Shown piece by piece: positions 10,889 to 22,205 of a DNA stretch of 64,000 nucleotides. Position 1 is the first letter of the stretch. Every line of letters starts with the position of its first letter. The translations under genes were made by a program, and so were the position numbers. The notes below the pieces were generated by a model. That model was not told the origin of the DNA and did not search any database. It saw only the letters and a list, made by a program, of their open reading frames with translations. Source of the stretch: Marsupella aquatica (Eukaryota; Plantae; Marchantiophyta). The DNA lies in contig OZ316893.1 of the NCBI GenBank assembly GCA_973895155.1, positions 8,456,963-8,520,962 of the forward strand, given 5' to 3'.

Positions 10889-13632
10889 TTGGTATGTACA
10901 GTAGACCAAAACCAGTAGTTGGTTAAATCTGAGTTTGATTGTCTTGATTTGTCCTTAGAAAGGAATGAGCAGTTACTGAAAAGATTGGTCATCGCATTTC
11001 ACGATTACTATGTCAGCACATTGTGCACTAGATGACGCTATTCCAGTCGTCCTTGTTGACATTGAATTTGGCATCAAAGTTTGATAGTGGGATCTCTATG
11101 CACAAAAGTGAGGCAGTAGCAGATAGCATCTGTCACTGTCGGCTGCTGTAGTCAATTAGCTCTGCCAAAGGCGGTTTTTGCAACCCATGCAGAAAGATGG
11201 TTCAATTGTGTAGCCACTTATCTGCAGGTGTTTGACTTGCTCGTGGACATGCGAGAGATATATGTTGATACGTTTGGACTCGTTAATGGAGTTGTTCCAC
11301 ATTGCCCTCATTTCCTATCCGTCTGCATTGGCAAGGAGCTTTGACAGTCAATCTAGAGCATGTAGTGCTGCTCTTCTTTGCTATGACTTGGACCTGTAGC
11401 AAAGGAAATATGTGGTTTGTCTTTGATTGGCATAAGGTACAATCAGGGTTGAGAGCCTCAATGGCTTGTCCTGGTGGTGGTGATGCCTATTTTGCGCAAG
11501 TAGGTTTATGGATTAGTTGCCCTTACAAGCCTCATTTCCACAAAATCCCTACCGCTAGTGTTAGCTGTTGAACAGTAAATGGATTTTGTCTCTTCTTGGT
11601 CGCGTAGTCTTAGGCTCATTTGTGCAAAAGCTCTGCATTACTTGGTAAGGAGAGGTTATTAACTTGCAACATGGAAATATAGTGAAGGAAATGTTAGGAG
11701 ATCACACCTTGCATGAGCTTCATCGTGCTTCTTCTACTCTCAGTGCATGGTAAGCACTGCCTTCTCTGTAATCAGGAGCACTTTAATTGTGTCCCCACGA
11801 TTAGTCGTGCCGTGCATCTTAAGTATAAATGAGTGTACTTTGCATAACGGGAGCCCAATGAAAGCATGATCGCGCATTTCATCATTTTTAACAAAGCATG
11901 GCTGAAGCAAGTAGACGATTCAGGTATGAATTCACAGCTCAAAAATCTGTTTGATGTAGTGTACAAAAGTTAGTTTCTGAAAAATTGAATTTGTAGTGCG
12001 ATGTTTGCACTTAAAGCATCTCCTTCTGTTTGACACTTGTCAAAAGGCGCGGATCTCTTTTGACCAAGTATTCTGCACTAGAGGTCGAGACCCACTTACT
12101 CCAAGAGATTCGTATAGAATCCAATTTCGCTAGTGTGCTCTGGACGAAAAGTCTCCGCCACTATCGCGTTAGTGGCTGATTTTCAAGATCTGTTCAAAAC
12201 ATGTGATTCAGCTAATAAACGAGCACAACGGTATTTTGGACTTTCTATATTCTGCCAATGTCCAGTCCAGATAGTACTAAGTTGCAAACAAGGAAACCTA
12301 TTATCTGAATTGATTGCACGTGAGCTTGACCCTGCCTTGGAATAACTCGGATAAATTCTTTCTGCGAGTGCACCCCGATTTATTTTTTACTAAATTCACA
12401 ACCTCAAGTCATCAGTTAAATTCGGATATGCATTTGGAGTCCTCTACATCTCTAAACCTCAGAGGCCATTGTTAGGGAAGTCCGAAAGTTTCTTTCCGAC
12501 TTAGCTATGCAACAAGTGAGATCAATCACACCAAGTGGTTGAGATACACTAGGATGTGACCAGCATGCCGCTCTTTAATGCCGGTGGTTGATGACACTAG
12601 TTTAAGCATTCAAGCACCCCTAGGATTTGGTCCCCTTGATTTAATTACTGTTATCAGCCACAATTATTGGGTGATCTGTGTAGTGTGTGCCCAGGATGTA
12701 ACACAAATTTAAGTGCGAATTCACACGTGGTAAAAGGAACCTAAAATGATTTAGTGTGACCAGCCTCCCAAAACATTTTACATGTACTAGTGTTTGTAAC
12801 ACTAGAGTATGCTATTTACATACAGACAAAACTTGCCTAATTAGTGTGAGTGTCATTACCGCCTAATCACAATTTCTACATGCATTCACTACCTGAAGAT
12901 AACTGCATAGGGGGTGAGAGATAAAGGAAATGATAGTAACAAAATGAGAATAATCAATCTTTCAACACTAGCTATCTTTTGAATCATTTGAAGGGAAGCA
13001 TAAATTTCACCCACAAACTACTCAATCAAGTTCTTTCCAAATCTCTTTTTTCTGGCAGTTTTAGATGTATGCAAATCTCTAATGGGAGTATAATGGGAGG
13101 TGTTTATATACAAGTGTATAGGATTGCCCCCACATCCTTTATTTATGACATTTATGGGGTCAACTCTTGTGCATTGCACAGAAGATGTTACAAACTGTCT
13201 TATTTACGGACCCCATGAGAGGTCCCTTCCAAAATCCCTAGCAGCACAGTGTGTCATGTCAACAACAACCGTAACAAACAAGACTCATCAGTTTTTTGTG
13301 AATCAAACTTATAGTTTTCATTCATGTTTGTGTTAATTTGGGTGTAAATTTTGGGATGTCATGCCATAAAAAGAAAAAGAAAAAATTAGAAATGCAAAGA
13401 GCAAGACGGTTAAAACTGTCACTATGTAACCATTTTAGTTATATTTCCAATTTTAAAACTTAAATTCAAAAATTTTTAAAATATTTTTCATATAACAAAT
13501 AATGACTAATAACTAACTTGATAACTTCCTTGTTAAAGGATAATTGACACCTGGTGTAAGAATTCCAGCCCTTTGCAATTAAGGTACACTGCTAGCCATG
13601 GTCCGAACTTGAACTCAACGAACTGATACAAT

Positions 13633-14204
13633 TCATTTGATCAGACATTCATCTAATTGCAAAATGAACTTGCCATGGATAGAATTTTGACTCTCGTAGT
13701 TTGAGAACTTGGTAGCATGTAACGAAAAGGCCTGATTTTGACAACTGCTTGTGATAACCATGCTGTCAATTAGCCAAGGGGTCCATGAACTAATTTTCAT
13801 ACAATTATATCGGGGAAAATGCCCCGTCCCAATACTTCTCTGCAATCCGAGACCGTTGTCGAAAGCAATTTGTTTAGCCGTTACCTCCTCGTCAGTCCGG
13901 AAGTCATCCGACGGCAGCTCTCTCATGATCATCCTTGCCATCTCCACGGCTGTCATGGGCTGCACAGGAAAGATGTGAACAATGTGTTAGAACAATAGTG
14001 CCCGTCAATGTTAATGAATCTTGCAACTTTTGTATCATCATTTCATTATATATCGCTTGCATCAACAATGTGAAGTATGAAGTGGACACTGTTTACCTGA
14101 ACTGTTGTAGGAGTAGCGCTCGTCGGATTGCTATTTGCACCTGCCATCGTTTCTCGTTGTTGTTGTGATGCCTTCGCTGCCTTGTTGCCTTTGGTGGTCG
14201 ACAT
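13633..14204 (-). CDS. Hypothetical spliced accessory ORF directly downstream of the Rep-helicase
   Basis: ATG at 14204; exon 14204-14097 (36 aa); intron GTAAAC...CTTTCCTGTGCAG (14096-13960); in-frame exon from 13959 (PMTAVEMARMIMRELPSDDF...). No family recognised. Confidence 0.45.
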
Positions 14205-17200
14205 CTGCTTGTTGAACACGACGAATTGGTAAGTGGAACACTTTGAAGTCCGGCGGCGTAAGATCTCCAACAATGCGCATGGATGCTCTATTTGTGACCC
14301 TACTCAACATAACGTACACCAGTCCCGGTGTGAATGCACTGTTTATTTCTAGCACGATCTTGCCCGCTAGTGTGCAACCTTCGCTCTTGTGACCTATTAT
14401 GGCGTATCCGAGCATGAGAGGGAAAGTGGATTTCCGATGGGTTTGTTGTCCCGAGATGAACTTGTTCTCGTGAACCATGCGGTTGATCTTTACGAGGCAG
14501 TGGTTGGAAGACATTCTCACAAAAATCGACATTTTGCCTTCGGCTTCTGTAGTGATTTTCTCCACGATTCCTCCGTTGCCATTCGCGGCTTGCTTAGAGA
14601 GGTCAATGTTGTGTGTGAGAATCACCTTGCATCCGATTGCAACGTTCGTTAGTGTGTGGAAGGAGGGATCTTGTATTCAAGGCCAGGTGGATTCGTCTGA
14701 AGGGGCATTGGTGAGTATTGGGACGGGCATGATCTCTTGGCGTGGAAAAAATCTCCGTAATGCCCGTTCGTTGTAGTTGTCGATTGTTTCCCTATGTGTG
14801 CATATCACGGTCGTCGAGGCGTCGATGAAATCATGGGCTTCTTTTTTGGACACGTAACATCGTCCCAGGCACTCATCGATCGATTCTTGGGTAGGGAGGC
14901 CTGTGCGGATGTTGTTAAGGAACTCCATGAACTCCCGGTCTATGCTCTGTCTGAGCACAGTGCTGAGGTAAAATTTCCGCATGGTCTCAAAATATGGCGA
15001 CGACGAGAGGTGGCATGACCTGCATATGTCGTTGGAGTGGTGGGTGCAAACCGGAGGCAATTGGCACATGTCTCCGACCAGGATGACCATCTTATTTTGG
15101 AACGGGTCGGACGAGCGGTCTTCGTCTTGGAGTGTCTCGTGTAGTCTTGTGGAGACGCAACGCAACAGTTTGGGTGTCAGCATGCTCGCCTCGTCTATGA
15201 TGAACACGTCATTGTTCCTCAAGGTGTGGTATTGGGAACTGGTGATGTGCAGAGGCCTGAGCTCTCCGTGTATTGGAATGCTGAACAAGGAATGCATTGT
15301 CACCGCGTCGGCGTTAAGGTTTATGGCAGCCGCGCCCGTGGTGGCACACATCTTCACCTTCCTCCCTTTATATGTCCAGTATTTGTTCATGAAAGAGATG
15401 AAGAAAGTCTTGTCGGATCCCGGATTTCCATCGATCATGAACAGACCGCTCTTGACATCCTTGAGTGCCTCAAACACTCTGATTTGGTCCAGAGTCAAGT
15501 TGACGGTAGGGAGAGTTTTGTCGTTGAGCACCGCACCGATCGGTTTCTCTACGGCGACGGTGGGGGCCGCTTGCAATGTGGCCGCGTCGTTGAAAATTTG
15601 GTGGGGAAGCTTTTCGTTCAGCTCCTGGAGCAGGTGGGATGTGTGGTGGGTGGAGTAGAGGTGCGATGCACAATATTCAAGCACCAACTTGTGCACGTCG
15701 TCGACGCTGGTTATCAACTTGCGGTGTATGCACTCGTGCAAGTAGCTCCACGTCTCGCTTATGAGCCTGAGAAGAATCTCGCCTTCTGCACGGAATCTCA
15801 CGACCTTCAGGAGGTAGTTGTAGAAGAAGCCATTCATCTTGTATACTGGATGATACTCCGAAAATCGCACGAGCCGATCCGTCCGATACACGAAATTGCC
15901 TTGCAAATCCCTGCCGACGTAGTCTTTGGTGGTGCTTTTCTTATTGGTGAGGACCTCGTGGTTGATGAAGTAGTCGTAGAAGGACATTGCAAACATGTCC
16001 TCGGGCCTCTATGCGTAGAGTCTGGTGGGATGTAAACATATCCCCGAGGACTTACGATAGATGGCGGACCTCAGTTCCGGAGGCGACGAGTCCATGAACG
16101 CCACAATCTCCGAGCGATGGATGATGCTGATTTTGAGGCACGTCAAGGCTGCCTCCGTGGCGCACACGCTCCGAGACAGGACGGCTCCGCTGACGAGCTT
16201 GAGTTGGACTTCAGACAGGTCCTCGAGTCCTAGAGTGCGCGCATCGTTCGCATTGAGCTGGAGTGATCCCAGGGGCTCACATTTGATCGCGTACTTGAGC
16301 AAATAGAATGACCAAGCCGTGTTTGTGACGCGCTACAGGTTCATGTGAGGTGTCATGAAGGAGATTCTTAGGTACATGGCAGTTCCGTTCGAGGAAGACC
16401 AGCTCACTTACAAGGACGGGATGTGTGAGTACATCCAGGTCACAAAGGGAGCTCGTCTAGAGCAACTGACCAGATTGAGGCATGATTTCAAGATGCCACT
16501 TGATATGTTGGTAGGGCTGACACATCAGCAATCCTAGTCCCTGATCGACAGGCTGAGGAGGAGCAGCGACCAGGGGCTGCTATCTGATGTCCCTGCCCAA
16601 ACAACAACAGAACAACCCACCACATCCAAGCGGAAATTCAACGCGATGTGACAGTTATTTCCATGATGTAGTACAAGTTTCATTTTTCAGAACAATGTGG
16701 TGTATCATGCAAAAACAAATGACAAGTCCCAATAAAAATACCCATTGTCCGAAACATATTTATCTATATCAATAACTATCTACTTTTTAACACATTTTTT
16801 ATTTGTATCAATAACTATCCACTTTTCAATCTCAATCGAATAAAAATAGGTGGCGGGGTCGATGGCTGCATCTTTGTCGAGGTGAGTTTCTTGGGGGAAA
16901 CCCAACTTGCAGTACTTGAGGCCGGTTTGGGAATGCCTTTGCAAGCACAAGCCCTCCTTGCAGTAGTGAAGTTGTTTCGTCACCACGTTGCGATATAGGG
17001 TCTTTTCTTCAAGTCCATTCGGCTCTTCGAATCTGCCGGATGTCAAGTCGAATCTGCCAGGGATGAATGCGGAAATTTCGATTGTGACTCGATCGACGTC
17101 GCAATCCTTGACCCATAGCACCGTGTGGGCATGGAGTGATCCGCGGCCCTGCAACTCATACCGTAGTGGATCACATTTCCAATTATGGCGCGTTTCGACA

Positions 17201-18665
17201 AAATGTAATCCTTGAAAAAACGTTGGATTCGTTCGTGGAAGAGCACGGCGCATTCGACAGGACAATCTTTCCATGAGAAGGTTGGATTCATCCTCTTCAC
17301 AATGTTCTCGAGGTTGGTGATCTCAGGCCAACGGATGTCGCTGATCTCGTCACAAGTGAGCGTGAGGAAGAAGTGGGGCAGTCCCCATTTTCTCACCATG
17401 CACTTGAGGTCGTCGAGGTGTCTTCCGTGCCACGTCGGGCTCCCAGGAACGGCCTGCGTGATTGTCTTTTTTATCAGCATTTTGTATATTTCCTTCTCGC
17501 TAAAGTGGGGGCACCTCTCCTTGATCTGCATGTATTCCTTGTCGATTACTATCGTCCAGCTCATGCTTGCTACTTGGCTGGCCTGTCGCAATTGGTACAT
17601 GATAAGCATGTACAGCTTGTACAAAGTGAATATGCTGAACAACTGTTGTGTCCTTCGTTTCATGTAGTCGATCAAGCTGAGTTGTCCTCGATGGAAACCC
17701 CTCGAGTGGACGAACAAGAACGGGAACATTGCATTTTCCAATGTCAATTGTGGATCGTTTGACAGTCCTTCCGCATTGGTGTTGACGCTCTCTTCGGAGC
17801 ACATTCTCTTGCGGTCGTACACGGTGCCGGAACGAAAGACCTGGTACTTGCGCTTGTGTGAAGTCGGGATCCGGTAATGCACATCTTGGAGGATGTGCAG
17901 GTCGGGGTCGAATGGGTCAAAGTTCATGGATCTCGTGGTTATTCTCTTTGCCCTCTTGTCTTTGATGATGTTCTCTACTCCGTCGGAACTTAGGATGCAC
18001 AGTCCCAGTGACGGGTCTGGTAGTTCGACCAATGAAACATATCTTTTGAAAAGTTGGTTGGTCGTCAAATTGAGTTCCATGACTTTGTATATCTGTCGCA
18101 TGATCTCCTCTCGATTATTGCACTCTAGTGTGTCGAGATTCCAGGATATGAGCGGGTTGTCAAGGAGGCTTTCCTTTTTGTAGAAGCCAGAGTGGAAGCT
18201 ATTGTACTTTTGTATGATGCCTAGTCGACAGTCGATTAGTGAGAGCAATTGCATGTACAACGGCTTCGCGGCTAGGATGTCGATCGCATATTGCGGAGAT
18301 ATGAAGGAGTTTATCTAGATACGGGCGGGGTTTTGCACGCAAGTCATGCACACGTTGATTGTTCCATCTTGGTTCTCAATGTACTAGTTGACAAATGCGT
18401 TGCATATGCCGTACGGCGTCATGTTCACCTTTGGTACGGTGGTGAATGTCTTGTCGATCCTCGGAGTGTTTCCGTATCGAACTAGTCCGCACATCCCGCA
18501 CACCTTCATGCCTTGGATTGTCTTTTGGCAGACTTCTCTCCATTCTTGGAGATACAATGGGGCTGAGGCCCATCCTTGACATAACGGGCTTAGTGACTCG
18601 GCACAGGTGTTTATTGCACGCCTTCGTGTGACATGTCTCTTCTCGGACATTGTACGCCGTGACAT
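14131..18665 (-). mobile_element. Decayed Helitron-superfamily Rep/PIF1-helicase (Helitron2/Helentron-like), intronless
   Basis: N-terminal CxxC...CxxC; MFPFLF; PGSPTW; GLPHFFLTLT (motif 1); RYELQGRGSLHAHTVLWV (HUH); HMNL*RVT...YLLKYAIK (catalytic Tyr). PIF1 motifs GNPGSDKT, ATTGAAA, IIDEASM, GDMCQLPPV, LRQS, FPLMLGYAIIGHKSEGCTL and YVMLSRV. In-frame stops at 18384, 18315, 16333, 16009 and 14677; frameshift ~17163; insertion ~16347-16848. Confidence 0.92.
16347..16848 (+). pseudogene. Opposite-strand gene 3' fragment plus AT-rich tail inserted into the Rep domain
   Basis: Plus-strand reading VMKEILRYMAVPFEED...HQQS*SLIDRL...KRKFNAM* followed by AATAAA-containing AT-rich sequence. It interrupts Rep between ...DAAIDPAT and HMNL. 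Confidence 0.55.
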
Positions 18666-18889
18666 TTTTGGGGAGACCTATGCAAAGGATTATGGACTCG
18701 TCAGTTTTCTTAGCTAGGGTCCATCCAAAATTCGCTCAATGAAATTTCAGAAACGAGTCTTGCTTATCACGATCTCGTAGTTACCAAGAAGAGTTGGTTG
18801 CTTGGCTCCAACCCAAGTTAGCAGAGCGCCAAACACTACCCGAAAGTCATGCCATAAACACTACTCAAAGGTCATGCCATAAACACTAC

Positions 18890-19520
18890 TCGAAGGTGAT
18901 GCCACTCATGAAGCAGGCGGCCGCGCCTGTATCCACCAACGCAACACCCAGATTATCGTTAGAACTTGTGACATTCACAAAAATTGGCTTGTTAGGATTT
19001 ATAGTCATAACCTTACGTAATTTCTCTCACAACAACACCTTCTCTTCGACAGGCATATCCCCTACAGGGACCTCATCAACTACTAAGGGTTCGGTCAGAG
19101 CAATACTTACATTATTGCCCTTTTGTCCTCCATCTCCGCTCGGCTTGCCACCTTTGGTGGCACAATCCTTACTTCAATGATGACCCATGGCGCCACATGT
19201 GAATCACTATAAAGTTGTGCAGTTGTGTATGTAGGGTCTCTTGCCCCGTCGGGATACACACCAACTGGTTTGATAATAAGTGATGAGATTTTGGATATCA
19301 CCCCTAAAGCTCATTTACCAAGACTTGTACCAAGTCAAGGCATAGTTCTCCTAGGTATTTTGGTTAGAGCATTACTTAATGCCCTTCTGCCCTCCATCTC
19401 CGCTCGGCTTGCCACCTTTGGTGGAACAATCCTTACCTTGATGACCCATGGCGCCACACGTGAATCACTATAAAGTTGTGCAGTTGTGTATGTAGTGTCT
19501 CTTGCCCCGTCGGGATACAC
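18890..19520 (-). mobile_element. Ty3/Gypsy gag zinc-knuckle plus aspartic protease remnant
   Basis: Minus-strand *FTCGAMGHQGKDC (CX2CX4HX4C with the first C mutated; two copies owing to a ~280-bp duplication), followed by KPIFVNVT...GVALVDTGAAACFMS (DTG active site, ~18925-18933). Confidence 0.75.
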
Positions 19521-19995
19521 ACCAACTGGTTTTGATAATAAGTGATTATCATTTGGATATCACCCCTAAAGCTCATTTACGTTACACATCTCTAAGCGTG
19601 CCGCTCTAGGTACTTAGTGGTGACATGAGCACGAAGACCCTCAACTAGGTTTTCCCAAGTTAACGGCAAGGAGGAGTCCTCTTGCGACTTCTTCCAAGAC
19701 TTGTACGGTCAAGTCAAGGCATAGTCCTCCTAGTTTTGGGTATCACCCCTAAAGCTCATTTACGTTACACATTTCTATTAAGCGTGCCGCTCTAGGTACT
19801 TAGTGGTGACATGAGCACGAAGACCCTCAACTAGGTTTTCCCAAGTTAACGGCAAGGAGTCCTCTTGCAACTTCTTCCAAGACTTGTACCAAGTCAAGGC
19901 ATAGTTCTCCCAGTTTTGGGTATCACCCCTAAAGCTCATTTACGTTACACATCTCTAAGCGTGCCGCTCTAGGGTTCGGTTAGAGCAATACTAAC
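19085..19995. repeat. Complex tandem repeats (~280-bp and ~180-bp units)
   Basis: GG.TATCACCCCTAAAGCTCATTTAC recurs at ~19293, 19555, 19738 and 19918. The CCTCCATCTCCGCTCGGCTTGCC block occurs twice. Confidence 0.9.
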
Positions 19996-20339
19996 ATAAT
20001 AATTACCAATCAAGGTATAGTTCTCCTAGGTATGCGAAACCCTATCGCATCATTCACACGATAGGCCCACAAAGATAATACGGTTTAGGTGGTGTTGGAG
20101 ACACCCACGTAAACCCACAAGTAAATGGGCGTGGGCAAAAGCTACCATGTTAGCCGAATCAAGAAATTTGTCCAAGACAATGATCCCAACCGGGATCAAG
20201 TCTTGCATTTGGACACTATGCTGGTGGAGGACGCTAGTGATCTAATGAATTATATAGGTTTAATACTCAGTCAATATAAAGATATATTTGTATATATATA
20301 TATATATGTATATATTAAAAAAAAATTCTTCATGTTCTT

Positions 20340-22205
20340 TACAAAGTGAGGATCTTTGTTGCAATTCAAAATTGTAATGACAAAAAGCAATTCAAACATG
20401 GCTATGATTTGGAGTTGGTCCGGATTTGAAGCACACTAAACCGTCTTAAAGGACCGCAACAGAGTAAATGCCAAATTAAATAGCGAAAAGTTATATTAGA
20501 AAATAGCAAGGATTTTAGGGTTCAAGAATCATGTTAGGGACCACACAAAAAGCAGGAAGAACTTGAAGTCAGGAGACAGCAAACCTGTATGTAGAAGCGC
20601 TGTTTAACTTATTCGGAGCTTCTCTTCTCTAGGTAACTTGAAAACTCACGTCCAACTTCCCAAACACCATTAAGTAAGTCGGCCGACACACCATGCCCTT
20701 TCTGCAAGAAGACTTGTGTGAGTACCAAACAAACTTTCCATTAGATAAAGTGTCCACCTCTATAAGTTACACTAACTAGGCCTCTTACCCAAGACTCGTT
20801 GAAACTAGAGATATGAAGAAAGAAAAAGCTTGCACGGAAACAATTCTAAGTATGCTTTAATTTGGGTTCATCTTTGCCCATCTAGAACTTCTTTGTTCAC
20901 CCTCCCCCATACTGTTTTTTTGAAAGTCAGGAGACATCAAACCTGTATTTAGAAGCGCTGTTTAACTTATTCGGAGCTTCTCTTCTCTAGGTAACTTGAA
21001 AACTCAAGTCCAACTTCCTGAACACCATTTAGTAAGTCGGCCGACACACCATGACCTTTCTGCAAAAATTGTGTGAGTACCAAACAAACTTTCCATTAGA
21101 TAAAGTGTCCAACTCTATAAGTTACATTAACTAGGCCTCTTCTCCAAGACTCGTTGAAACTAGAGATATGAAGAAAGAAAAAGCTTGCACGGAAACAATT
21201 CTAAGTATGCTTTAATTTGGGTTCATCTTTGCCCATCTAGTTCTTTGTCCACCCTGCCCCATACTATTTTTTTTGTTTATCTTCATTTTTTAAGTTTTGT
21301 GATTATTAAAGACTCATTATCAGTTTTGTCTTTATTGGGAGTTGCCAACTCTAGACCATAGGCCTTAAGTAGCTTTGCAAATTATTAGTAAGATAGCTTA
21401 GCCTATAAAATACATCTCACATAAAATTGTGACTCATTTAAGTTTATTTCAGGTGTCAATCTAATTTCATGTTGTTTACGAAGTGAGGATCTTTGTTGCA
21501 ATTCAAAATTGTAATGACAAAACACAATTCAGACATGGCTATGATTTGGAATTGGTCCGGATTCGAAGCAAACTAAACCGTCTTAAAAGGACCGCAACAA
21601 AGTAAATGCCAAATTAAAAAACCAAATTATATTAGAAAATAGCAAGGAGTTTAGCGTTCAATAATCATGTTAGGGACCACACAAAAAGCAGGAAGAACTT
21701 GATGTCAGGAGACAGCAAACCTGTATGTAGAAGTGCTGTTTAACTTATCCGGAGCTTCACTTCTCTAGGTAACTTGAAAACTCACGTCCAACTTCCCGAA
21801 CATTAAGTAAGTCGGCTTACACAGCATGCCCTTTCTGCAAGAAGACTTGTGTGAGTATCAAACAAACTTTCCATTAGATAAAGTGTCCACCTGTAGTAAG
21901 TTACACTAACTAGGCCTCTTACCCAAGGTTCCTTGAAAGTAGAGATATGTAGAAAGAAAGAGCTTGCACGCAAACAATTCTAAGTATGCTTTAATTTGGG
22001 TTCATCTTTGCCCATATAGTTCTTTGTTCACCCTCCCCCATACTATTTTTTTTGTTTATCTTCATTTTTTAAGTTGTGTGATTATTAAAGACTCATTATC
22101 AGTTTTGTCTTTATTGGGAGTTGCTAACTCTAGACCATAGGCCTTACGTAGCTTTGAAAATTATTAGTAAGATAGCCTAGCCTATAAAATACATCTGACT
22201 ATAAA
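20340..22205. repeat. Nested tandem duplication (~1.14-kb offset containing a ~350-bp unit present 3 times)
   Basis: AAGTGAGGATCTTTGTTGCAATTC at 20344 and 21481. GTCAGGAGACA.CAAACCTGTAT at ~20568, 20926 and 21704. Confidence 0.9.

Noticed and set aside
14981-16035. Plus-strand ORFs of 225 and 269 aa
   Set aside because: Antisense shadows of the GC-rich helicase frame.
19290-19975. CRISPR-like appearance of a recurring ~27-bp motif
   Set aside because: Intervening sequences are themselves repeated, there are no cas genes, and the context is eukaryotic.
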